A DNA stretch of 64,000 nucleotides from a virus. Taxonomy: Duplodnaviria; Caudoviricetes. Both the position numbers and the translations under genes were made by a program. The notes below the pieces were generated by a model. The model made no database searches. It had not been told where the DNA came from and saw only the letters and a program-made list of their open reading frames with translations. How positions within the stretch are numbered: the stretch's first letter is position 1; the number at the start of each line of letters is the position of its first letter. Shown here in pieces: positions 56,422 to 64,000 of the stretch. The stretch lies in IMG/VR virus record IMGVR_UViG_3300010149_000008; one strand, given 5' to 3'.

Positions 56422-57171
56422 ATGAAGCTTAACGTTAAAAACGACAAAATTGTTTTTGGAACAAACATACTTGACATTAACATACCAAACAAATTACGAG
56501 AAAGAAACAAGTGTGGCGTAGATTATATTGATGATGCTTTTGGAGGAGAAGGATTTACACCTTCTACTATTTCTTTGTTTACTGGTGAGCCAGGAGCAGG
56601 AAAAACAACTCTAATGTTGTCGCTAGCTGATTCTTTAACTAGCCAAGGTTACGTTTGTCTTTTTAATACAGCTGAAGAAAGCTTGTACCAAATTAAGCTC
56701 ACATGCGAAAGGCTTGATCTAAGGAACGGATTTGTTGCAGGGCAAGAAAGCTACGTTCCAAGGCTTATTAAACAATGTGACTCTTTAAGACATAAGTACA
56801 AAGGAAAACCTTTCTTTCTTATTGTAGACTCTTTGCAAACTCTTAATGACGGAAAATACGGAGAAGAGCACACTAACACACAATCAGCTGTTAGATCTTT
56901 ACAGATTCTAACTGACTATGCTAAAGAACATTACATAAATGTTATTTGCATTGGGCAGGTAAATAAAAGCGGAAACATGGCAGGTAGTCAAAAGCTTAAG
57001 CACATGGTTGATGCTATGCTTCATCTTTCTATTGAAAGAAAAGACGAAGATTTCAAGGGCTTACGAGTTCTAGAAACTGTAAAGAATAGATTTGGTGGAG
57101 CAGGATGGACTTTCTTTTTAGACTTGAAAAATAACGGCTTTAATGAAGTTGCTAGAATTGGAGTGAGATAA
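56422..57171 (+). CDS. RadA/Sms-like RecA-fold ATPase (core only)
   Basis: GEPGAGKTT, AEES, IVDSLQT, IGQVNKSG..AGS..LKHMVDA, KNRFG; no Zn finger or Lon-like domain. Confidence 0.85.
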   Translation: MKLNVKNDKIVFGTNILDINIPNKLRERNKCGVDYIDDAFGGEGFTPSTISLFTGEPGAGKTTLMLSLADSLTSQGYVCLFNTAEESLYQIKLTCERLDLRNGFVAGQESYVPRLIKQCDSLRHKYKGKPFFLIVDSLQTLNDGKYGEEHTNTQSAVRSLQILTDYAKEHYINVICIGQVNKSGNMAGSQKLKHMVDAMLHLSIERKDEDFKGLRVLETVKNRFGGAGWTFFLDLKNNGFNEVARIGVR

Positions 57172-57172
57172 C

Positions 57173-57505
57173 TTGTTTGTAGCTTTAATATGCTATCTGC
57201 TAGGATCAGCAGGTGTTTTCTTTCAACATAACTTACAATTCATAGATGATTGGTGGAAAGATAAAACTGTATTAAATGTTTTTTTATTTTCAATACCTAT
57301 AGGCTTCTTATATTTGAAGTCTTGGACTTATTTTGTACAACAGCTAGGATCTGTATGGTCTGCAAGATTTTTGTTTTTTGGTTTTTCTTATCTTGTTTTC
57401 CCTTTGTTAGCTTACATATTTTTAAACGAAACACCCTGGTCACTAAAAACTGTTCTTTGCACACTTCTTAGTATAGTAATAATATTAATCCAATATAAGC
57501 TATAA
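57173..57505 (+). CDS. Small multi-pass membrane protein (SMR/DMT-like)
   Basis: Four hydrophobic segments in 110 aa. Confidence 0.6.
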   Translation: MFVALICYLLGSAGVFFQHNLQFIDDWWKDKTVLNVFLFSIPIGFLYLKSWTYFVQQLGSVWSARFLFFGFSYLVFPLLAYIFLNETPWSLKTVLCTLLSIVIILIQYKL

Positions 57506-57537
57506 GCGTGCAAAATAGATCTATATTAAATTATAAT
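57506..57537 (+). promoter_or_regulatory. Putative promoter GCGTGCAAA...TATAAT (N18)
   Basis: GTGCAA 57508-57513, TATAAT 57532-57537. Confidence 0.65.
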
Positions 57538-57568
57538 AATCAAAACAACATATAATAAGGACTTTAAA

Positions 57569-58663
57569 TTGAACATTGATACTTTTATTAATATTGCTAA
57601 AGATCTTCCTCCACATATTGCTGTTCTTATAAGAGGTGGAACAGGAATTGGCAAGTCTGCTATTACAGGACAGATTTCAAAAAGCTTGAAAAAACCTCTT
57701 CCACTTATCGATGTACGTGGTTCTACAATGTCTGAAGGTGATACTGGAGGTTACCCAGATATTGAGGGTATGAAGAAAAACGGAGTTATGACTTTTTGCA
57801 TGCCCGCTTGGTTCATTAGGGCTTGCAACGAGCCTGTTGTTTTATTTTTAGACGAACTTAATAGATCTTTACCCGCAGTCCAACAATCCTTCTTTCAGAT
57901 TGTTTTAGATAGACAGTTAGGAAATGATGAAAACGGCAATCCATATAATTTACACCCAGAGACTCGCGTCTTTGCAGCTGTAAACCACGGATCAGAATAT
58001 GATGTAAACGAAATGGATCCTGCTTTATTAAGACGATTTTGGACTGTTGACCTTAAGCCCGATATTGATAGCTGGATTTCTTGGGCAACAAAAAACAATA
58101 TTGACAATATGATTATTGAGTTTCTAAAAACTAGATCAATAAATTTTGCTCCTGATGCTAGTTCCATTGAGCCAGGAAACGTATTTCCTACTCCAGCTTC
58201 TTGGACTAGGTTAGATGAAGCTATAAAGTTTATGGCAATTGACTTAGAAAAAGAAGGAAAGCTAGATAAACCTCTGATATATAACATTGCTTCAGGTTTC
58301 GTTGGCACACCCGTAGCAATTGAGTTTTCTGACTACGTAGAAAAATACGAGGCTAATGTAACTCCTCAAGATATTTTAGACAGATATGATGATCTAACTA
58401 ATAAAATTAATAGATTAAGTAATGATAGACTCAATCTGCTAATTGAACGTCTAGGTGAACATGGAAGACAAAATAACTGGACTGTAACACAAGCAGAAAA
58501 TGCAGCAAAGTTTGGAAAAAGTATATCAGAAGAAATGCTTATTCATATGTGGAGCAAAATTTCTGAAACTAAAAACATTAAAACAATTCAAAACTTTCAC
58601 AAATTTATTGGCCAATACTTAGTGAAAGTTGTTAACTCAAACAAAGATTTACTAAGTAATTAA
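57569..58663 (+). CDS. MoxR-like AAA+ ATPase
   Basis: Walker A GGTGIGKS, Walker B LFLDELNR, VFAAVN, EMDPALLRRF, PTPASW. Confidence 0.9.
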   Translation: MNIDTFINIAKDLPPHIAVLIRGGTGIGKSAITGQISKSLKKPLPLIDVRGSTMSEGDTGGYPDIEGMKKNGVMTFCMPAWFIRACNEPVVLFLDELNRSLPAVQQSFFQIVLDRQLGNDENGNPYNLHPETRVFAAVNHGSEYDVNEMDPALLRRFWTVDLKPDIDSWISWATKNNIDNMIIEFLKTRSINFAPDASSIEPGNVFPTPASWTRLDEAIKFMAIDLEKEGKLDKPLIYNIASGFVGTPVAIEFSDYVEKYEANVTPQDILDRYDDLTNKINRLSNDRLNLLIERLGEHGRQNNWTVTQAENAAKFGKSISEEMLIHMWSKISETKNIKTIQNFHKFIGQYLVKVVNSNKDLLSN

Positions 58664-58686
58664 TAATAAAGTTTATAGTTTTGTAT

Positions 58687-58718
58687 GCGTGCAAATGACT
58701 ATAAAATTAGTGTATAAT
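58687..58718 (+). promoter_or_regulatory. Putative promoter GCGTGCAAA...TATAAT (N18)
   Basis: GTGCAA 58689-58694, TATAAT 58713-58718. Confidence 0.65.
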
Positions 58719-58735
58719 ATCATTAAGGAGGATAA

Positions 58736-60040
58736 ATGAAAAAAGAAACAACTTCTAATGGAATTAGTAGATCAATAAATGTTTCCCAATCAGATATTGA
58801 TAACTTTAAACTACAAAGTCATCTAGTAGACCTACTTTGGGACGAACCTTTTTATAGTAGAATTTTAAGAAGCTTAAATAAAATTGAAACTGAAGAGATA
58901 CCAACTGCAGGAGTTCTTTGTAAAGACGGCGAAATTACAATGTGGTGGAATAGAAGATTTCTTGCTTCACTTCCAAAAAACAAAGTTAAAGGTTTAATTA
59001 AACATGAGTGTCTTCATCTAGCTTTTAAGCATACAACTGATAGAAGAAATTCTCCTCATATTATTTGGAACTATGCAACTGATTTAGCTATTAATTCAAT
59101 TATACCCTATGATGAGTTACCTAAAGGTGGTTTAGTTCCTGGATATCATTTAGAGCCTTTAACAAATGATGATATGGAAAATATGACAAAAGAAAACATT
59201 GACATGTTTAATGTTCTTTCAAGTCTTATTGCATCTTTTCCTCAAAACAAAACTTCTGAATATTACTTTGAAAAACTCATGCAAAATGAAACAATCAAAG
59301 AACATGCAGAAAAATCAAGTAGTTTCTTATCAGATGGCTTTCCTGATGTTGGCTTTGATGACCATGAAGGTTGGGATGAGATGAGTGCTGAAGCACGAGA
59401 AATGATGAAAGAAAAGTTAGGAGAAATATTAAAGTCTGCCGTAGAAGAATCAAATCAAAAAGGATGGGGTTCAATATCTTCTCAAGTCGCAATTACTCTA
59501 AACAAAATGATATCAAAGACAATTAAATGGGAAGATGTTTTAAAAAGATTTTGTGGTTTTACGAGAAGAGACGATAGACAATCATCGACTAAGAGGCTTA
59601 ACAGAAAATATCCTGCAATACATCCAGGATCAAAAAAAATATACAAACCTAGAATTGCTGTATATGTTGATGAAAGTGGTTCAATGCCAGCATCAATACT
59701 TGAAAATTTCTATGGAGAGCTAAATAGTTTAAGCTCTAGAACAGACTTTTATATGTATAAGTTTGATGCTGTAGTAGATGACAAGTCAGGTTTTCTTTGG
59801 AAAAAAGGTAAAAGACTTAAGATAGAAAGGACAATGCACGGAGGCACAAGCTTTCAATCTGTAACTAAACATGCAATCAAAAACAAAAAGAACTTTGACG
59901 GCTATATAATCTTTACAGATGGTTGTGCACCTAAACCTTCACCTTCCCATGGCTTAAAGAGATGTTGGCTCTTGATGCCTAATTGTGAACTAAGTTTTAA
60001 AAAAAATAATTCAGATATTTTAATTCAAATGAAAAGTTAA
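58736..60040 (+). CDS. Metallopeptidase + VWA-like protein (DUF2201 type)
   Basis: IPTAGV, IKHECLH (HExxH), WNYATDLAINS, DDH..W, VDESGSM, GGTSF, IFTDG. Confidence 0.88.
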   Translation: MKKETTSNGISRSINVSQSDIDNFKLQSHLVDLLWDEPFYSRILRSLNKIETEEIPTAGVLCKDGEITMWWNRRFLASLPKNKVKGLIKHECLHLAFKHTTDRRNSPHIIWNYATDLAINSIIPYDELPKGGLVPGYHLEPLTNDDMENMTKENIDMFNVLSSLIASFPQNKTSEYYFEKLMQNETIKEHAEKSSSFLSDGFPDVGFDDHEGWDEMSAEAREMMKEKLGEILKSAVEESNQKGWGSISSQVAITLNKMISKTIKWEDVLKRFCGFTRRDDRQSSTKRLNRKYPAIHPGSKKIYKPRIAVYVDESGSMPASILENFYGELNSLSSRTDFYMYKFDAVVDDKSGFLWKKGKRLKIERTMHGGTSFQSVTKHAIKNKKNFDGYIIFTDGCAPKPSPSHGLKRCWLLMPNCELSFKKNNSDILIQMKS

Positions 60041-60052
60041 CAAAGGATAGAT

Positions 60053-60217
60053 ATGTTATACCATTATAACGGCGAAACTTTTAAAATTAAACAGGAAAAC
60101 AATAAGAATAAATTATATCATAAAGCTGTTAATAAATGGTCGTCTGGTTGGACGTACATTGGCAACTTTAAATCACATGATCTGGCTCAAGCTGCAGCTA
60201 GAAAATATACTTTCTAA
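60053..60217 (+). CDS. Small hypothetical protein (54 aa, not in the ORF track)
   Basis: AAGGA RBS; MLYHYNGETFKI...WTYIGNF...AARKYTF*. Confidence 0.6.
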   Translation: MLYHYNGETFKIKQENNKNKLYHKAVNKWSSGWTYIGNFKSHDLAQAAARKYTF

Positions 60218-60225
60218 GAGGAAAA

Positions 60226-60453
60226 ATGAGAAAAGAAAGATTTAAGATTACAATTAGATATCACGGACTAAGAGACTACGATGTGGAAAAAGTAAACTAT
60301 GTTTTTGATGCGTCTTCACCTAAAGACGCTATTAGAAGAGTAAGCAAAGTGTATAAAAGAATTGAAGACTCTGGCGGAAGGCTTTCATATTATGCAAAGC
60401 AATTTCTAGAAGCTGTAGCAATTTCAGCAGAAACTGACCTACTTAACCCTTAA
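60226..60453 (+). CDS. Hypothetical protein
   Basis: 75 aa with GAGG RBS. Confidence 0.6.
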   Translation: MRKERFKITIRYHGLRDYDVEKVNYVFDASSPKDAIRRVSKVYKRIEDSGGRLSYYAKQFLEAVAISAETDLLNP

Positions 60454-60467
60454 AAAAAAGCAGATTA

Positions 60468-61778
60468 ATGTATAGAAAAATTATTTATGAATTTCTAAAC
60501 AATATGAAACAGACAACTTCTACAAACGATAAAGTAGAAGTTATGATGCATTCTGAAAAGTCTGTTTTAAAAACTCTATATTATACTTACAACACATTCA
60601 TACAATTCGGTATTACAGAAAAGGTTCTAGAAAAAAGAAAAGATCTATGCAATATAAATTCTGAATTTAAAGAAGACAAAGGAATGTTTAGTTTACTTGA
60701 TTCTTTAAATCACAGAATGTTAACAGGTCATAATGCAATAAAAGAAGCGAACGGATTTCTCTACAACAATCCAGACTTAAAGGAAATATTTTATCTTATA
60801 TTAGGTAGAAATCTAAAATTGCGAGTTTCTGTAAAACTTATTAACAAAGCATGTCCTAACTTAATACCTACGTTTAATGTAGCACTTGCTAACAAGTACG
60901 ATGAAAAAACAAAAAAGAAAGTAGACTTGCAGAAAGATGTTTGGTATGTATCAAGAAAACTCGATGGTGTTCGCTGCCTTGTTGTGGTGGACGAAAAAGG
61001 AAAAGCTAAATCATTCTCCAGAGCAGGAAAACAATTTCATACGTTATCCTTGGTAGAAAAAGAAATAGAAAGTTTAGGCTTTAAAAATGTAGTATACGAC
61101 GGAGAAATGTGCATTGTAGACAATGATGATAACGAAGATTTTCAAAGTGTAATGAAAGAAATAAAAAGAAAAAACCACACAATTAAAAACGGTTTGTTTC
61201 AAGTATTTGACTATATACCCTACAGAATATTTAGCAAAGGCCACGGTGAAGTTGGTACTTTTTCTCAAAGAATAAACACTCTTAACAATATTATTTATAA
61301 TACAGACGTAGAGTTAAAGCACGTTAAACTTTTACAACAAACGCCAATAAACAATTGGAGCGAATTTAATGTATTAAACAGCAAGGCATCTGATTTTGGC
61401 TGGGAAGGTCTCATGTTAAGAAAAAACAGCTTCTATAAAGGAAAAAGATCTAATGACATTTTAAAAGTTAAAACTTTTTTTGATAGCGAGTATAAGGTTG
61501 AAGGATTGAATTTTGGACCTTTTAGATACATTAAAGAAGGAAAAGAAGTTGAAGAGGAAATGCTTACTGCAGTAACAATAAAGCATAAAGAAAATACTGT
61601 TAATGTAGGAAGCGGATTTACTATAGAGCAAAGACAAAGATTTTATAGTAATCCTGCAGAGATAAAAGGAAAAGTTATAACTGTACAATATTTTGAAGAA
61701 TCTCAAAATCAAAACGGCGAGTACTCACTAAGATTTCCTGTCATAAAGGCTATACATGGAGATAAAAGAGAAATTTAG
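60468..61778 (+). CDS. lig: ATP-dependent DNA ligase
   Basis: Adenylation motif SRKLDGVRC, YDGEM, FQVFD, WEGLMLR, ILKVK, GSGFT, SLRFP. Confidence 0.93.
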   Translation: MYRKIIYEFLNNMKQTTSTNDKVEVMMHSEKSVLKTLYYTYNTFIQFGITEKVLEKRKDLCNINSEFKEDKGMFSLLDSLNHRMLTGHNAIKEANGFLYNNPDLKEIFYLILGRNLKLRVSVKLINKACPNLIPTFNVALANKYDEKTKKKVDLQKDVWYVSRKLDGVRCLVVVDEKGKAKSFSRAGKQFHTLSLVEKEIESLGFKNVVYDGEMCIVDNDDNEDFQSVMKEIKRKNHTIKNGLFQVFDYIPYRIFSKGHGEVGTFSQRINTLNNIIYNTDVELKHVKLLQQTPINNWSEFNVLNSKASDFGWEGLMLRKNSFYKGKRSNDILKVKTFFDSEYKVEGLNFGPFRYIKEGKEVEEEMLTAVTIKHKENTVNVGSGFTIEQRQRFYSNPAEIKGKVITVQYFEESQNQNGEYSLRFPVIKAIHGDKREI

Positions 61779-61944
61779 CATAGGTGACTTAATAAAGTTT
61801 CCTTACGGCTTTGACATTAGAAAGAAAACTTACTACTTAGGAATAATAGTAGGAAAAAAAGTTACCAACAATATAGTTACTTATAAGTGTTTTACTAATA
61901 ATAGCTTTGAATATGTTCAAGAAGCTGTTATTATAAACGTATAA
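61756..61944 (+). CDS. Small KOW/SH3-like protein
   Basis: FSIGDLIKF...LGIIVG. Confidence 0.5.
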   Translation: MEIKEKFSIGDLIKFPYGFDIRKKTYYLGIIVGKKVTNNIVTYKCFTNNSFEYVQEAVIINV

Positions 61945-61976
61945 AACACTAGAAATAAAGCATATTGTTATATTAT

Positions 61977-62003
61977 AAAAACCAGCTAAAAGCTGGTTTT
62001 TTT
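61977..62003. terminator. Rho-independent terminator (bidirectional geometry)
   Basis: AAAAACCAGC-TAAAA-GCTGGTTTTTTT hairpin with an A-run before and a T-run after. Confidence 0.8.
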
Positions 62004-62115
62004 GTGTTTGAAAAAAGTATTGTAGTTTTGACGAAGCAGCGTATGTACACCGCAAGTCACAATTAGATTTATAAAAAATAGAATATATTTATAGTATAGA
62101 TACATAGGAGATATC

Positions 62116-62943
62116 ATGAAACTTATATTATTATTAATTTTTTCGTCTTTACTTTTAAATTGTTCTGACGAATTGTCAAATTATCAAGGTTACGAAAATG
62201 ACTTTAGGAGTAAGTCATACTTCGAAGTTAAATATGTTGGTGCTACTTGTGATTCGCAATGTATCTATTCAAGTTACGCTGTAACTTATAATTTGCAAGA
62301 AAAACAGTTTGACTGTGTTGAAGGACCTTGTGCTTGTGTAAAAGAAGGTGATGCACATACTTTATGTAGTGATAAGCCGTTAGCTGAAGATTTGTGGTCG
62401 CAACAAGAAAGCATACAACCACATAATAATCAAGTAATAGAAATACCTTATTATAATCAATATGACAACGCTAACTACCCGCATTCAACATGTCAAAATA
62501 CTAGTATTGCAATGGTATTAAGCTACTTTCAATATAACATTCAACCAGATGAGATATTTTATAGGTGGGGTAAAGATATTGCACAGTCGCCTTCCGGATT
62601 AAATCAAGTATATACAAGCTATTCTGCAAACAGTGAAATTAATACTTATACTAATGCTACTCCTGAAGACTTGCGATCTGCGTTAGATAAAGGTTACATT
62701 GCAATTGTTCACGGATATTTTACATCATCAGGACATGTAATTGTCGTTAGGGGCTATGATAAGCAGCATTACTACGTTAATGATCCTGCAGGCAAATGGG
62801 ATGGTTGCTTTAAATGTGGATACACTACAGGCAATTACAATGGTATTACTAAATACTCAAAAATATCATTTGAAAACGCAGTATTCACTTCAAATGGCAG
62901 CTCTTATTTACCCGGTTGGATCCATCTTATAAAAGGTAGTTAA
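62116..62943 (+). CDS. C39-like cysteine peptidase lipoprotein
   Basis: Lipobox LLLNC; PYYNQ....STCQNTSIAMVL, GHVIVVRGYD, VNDPAG (Cys-His-Asp). Confidence 0.85.
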   Translation: MKLILLLIFSSLLLNCSDELSNYQGYENDFRSKSYFEVKYVGATCDSQCIYSSYAVTYNLQEKQFDCVEGPCACVKEGDAHTLCSDKPLAEDLWSQQESIQPHNNQVIEIPYYNQYDNANYPHSTCQNTSIAMVLSYFQYNIQPDEIFYRWGKDIAQSPSGLNQVYTSYSANSEINTYTNATPEDLRSALDKGYIAIVHGYFTSSGHVIVVRGYDKQHYYVNDPAGKWDGCFKCGYTTGNYNGITKYSKISFENAVFTSNGSSYLPGWIHLIKGS

Positions 62944-62944
62944 A

Positions 62945-63619
62945 ATGAAGATTTTATTTAATGTCTGTTTAATTTTTATTATGTTCATGATTAATTTATC
63001 ATACGGTCAAAGTTATGAATGCGACAATAATTTTGGTGATTGTGGAACACCAAATCAAAGTGGTGGAGGAGGTGGAGGTGGATCGATACTAATTGCAAAT
63101 ACTGATTTAGGCGACACCTACCAGCATGCTGACGACTATGATGATGACGGTATTGAAGATCCTTCTGACAATTGTCCTAGGATTATGAATCCTGATCAGC
63201 TTGATCGAGACGGTGATGGAGTAGGTGATAGCTGTGATAATTGTCTTTCTATATGGAATAAAAAGCAAGAAAACACAGATGGCGATGACAAAGGAGACTT
63301 TTGCGACGAAGACATTGATAACGACAGCATATTAAACTATTATGACGAATGTCCTTATCACTGGGGTAACGATACATGTTTCGCATTAAATGTTTTAGAA
63401 AATTTTAATAACAATAGTGATTACGAAGATGAACACGCTGAAATAGGAAATACAAAAAGTTTTAAAGAAAATGACATGTTTATCAAAGCAAGTGATAAAC
63501 ATGTCAAATTAAATCAAAGCTGTAATTCATCGAGATATCCAGATTTTTTCAATGTTTTTGCTTTAATCTCTATAATAATGCTAGTTATTAAAAAGAAATG
63601 TAATGAACGAAAAATTTAA
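62945..63619 (+). CDS. Secreted thrombospondin type-3 (Ca-binding) repeat protein with a MYXO-CTERM-like tail
   Basis: Signal peptide; DDDGIED..DNCP...NPDQ.D.DGDGVGDSCDNC repeats; tail QSC-NSS...TM helix-KKK. Confidence 0.8.
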   Translation: MKILFNVCLIFIMFMINLSYGQSYECDNNFGDCGTPNQSGGGGGGGSILIANTDLGDTYQHADDYDDDGIEDPSDNCPRIMNPDQLDRDGDGVGDSCDNCLSIWNKKQENTDGDDKGDFCDEDIDNDSILNYYDECPYHWGNDTCFALNVLENFNNNSDYEDEHAEIGNTKSFKENDMFIKASDKHVKLNQSCNSSRYPDFFNVFALISIIMLVIKKKCNERKI

Positions 63620-63953
63620 TGTAGGTGACTTTGTCTATGTTAAGTCTTACTATATTAAAAACAATTTTAGTAAGCATGAGATACTTTATCTTAATAAAAG
63701 TTATGCGCTGATAAAAAACAAAAAAAATGGTGAACTTTATAAAAAAGTTGCAATAAAGGATATCACAAAAAGTAAAGAAACAGCAGTAATAACTGAAGAT
63801 ATTGTAAAAGGTGATCTTGTAAAATGCATTGTTGACAACAGCAGAATAGAACAAGGTATCGTAATTGATGCATATGAAAACTTTGTTCTTGTACTTATAT
63901 CAACTAAAAAAAAGAAAGTTTCTAAAAACAGAGTTATTGTTGTTAATAATTAA
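63603..63953 (+). CDS. Tandem KOW/SH3-like protein
   Basis: FNVGDFVYV and IVKGDLVKC...QGIVID. Confidence 0.55.
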   Translation: MNEKFNVGDFVYVKSYYIKNNFSKHEILYLNKSYALIKNKKNGELYKKVAIKDITKSKETAVITEDIVKGDLVKCIVDNSRIEQGIVIDAYENFVLVLISTKKKKVSKNRVIVVNN

Positions 63954-64000
63954 CCCAATTCTAAGTACTTAATCTGTATAGTAAAATATACATGCAATAG

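Noticed and set aside
61945-62115. tRNA or structured ncRNA in the longest intergenic gap
   Set aside because: Only a terminator hairpin is evident; no cloverleaf, T-loop (TTCGA) or CCA end was found here or in other gaps.
1-64000. Stop-codon reassignment (code 15 or 4), as in some large phages
   Set aside because: Conserved enzymes are full length in code 11, coding density is high, and TAG (e.g. 4629, 12634) and TGA (e.g. 930, 3238) both end genes at sensible boundaries.
1-64000. Eukaryotic giant virus (NCLDV) or cellular chromosome origin
   Set aside because: Sigma70, DnaE, GroEL and Shine-Dalgarno sites indicate a bacterial host system. The absence of housekeeping operons and the many small orphan ORFs favour a phage, though hallmark virion genes are outside the window.

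Overview
This 64-kb, strongly AT-rich, densely coding window (standard code 11, Shine-Dalgarno-like AGGAG sites) reads as a segment of a very large dsDNA bacteriophage (jumbo/huge phage). That identity is inferred, since no terminase, portal or major capsid gene lies in the window. It encodes replication and repair enzymes (DnaE-type Pol III alpha, ATP-dependent DNA ligase, 5'-3' exonuclease, UvsE, RadA-like ATPase core), nucleotide enzymes (nucleoside deoxyribosyltransferase-like, dNMP kinase/thymidylate-synthase-like fusion, thymidine kinase, dCMP deaminase, IMPDH/GMPR family, PurA, PurB), GroEL, a sigma70-family factor, an Fe/Mn SOD, a MoxR-VWA pair and several cell-surface proteins whose style hints at a Myxococcota-like (former deltaproteobacterial) host. 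The most notable observations are: (1) about 20 otherwise unrelated proteins share an amphipathic leader ending in [LIF]-[LIM]-x-E, resembling a prohead-protease/capsid-targeting tag, and a 2744-aa protein carries it repeatedly like a polyprotein; (2) the sigma70 gene stops before its -35-binding helix-turn-helix and the next overlapping gene encodes that missing HTH, suggesting a split sigma factor, alongside a recurring non-canonical promoter GCGTG(C/T)A-N17/18-TATAAT; (3) a kinase/minimal TS-like fusion with Asp at the dCMP-specificity position suggests a pyrimidine modification pathway; (4) a T9 tract breaks the lipoprotein-like signal peptide of a Ser/Thr-rich, beta-pore-forming-toxin-like protein; (5) a GMPR-like/PurA/PurB cluster could convert a GC-rich host nucleotide pool for an AT-rich genome. 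All family assignments come from motif recognition by eye; no searches were run.
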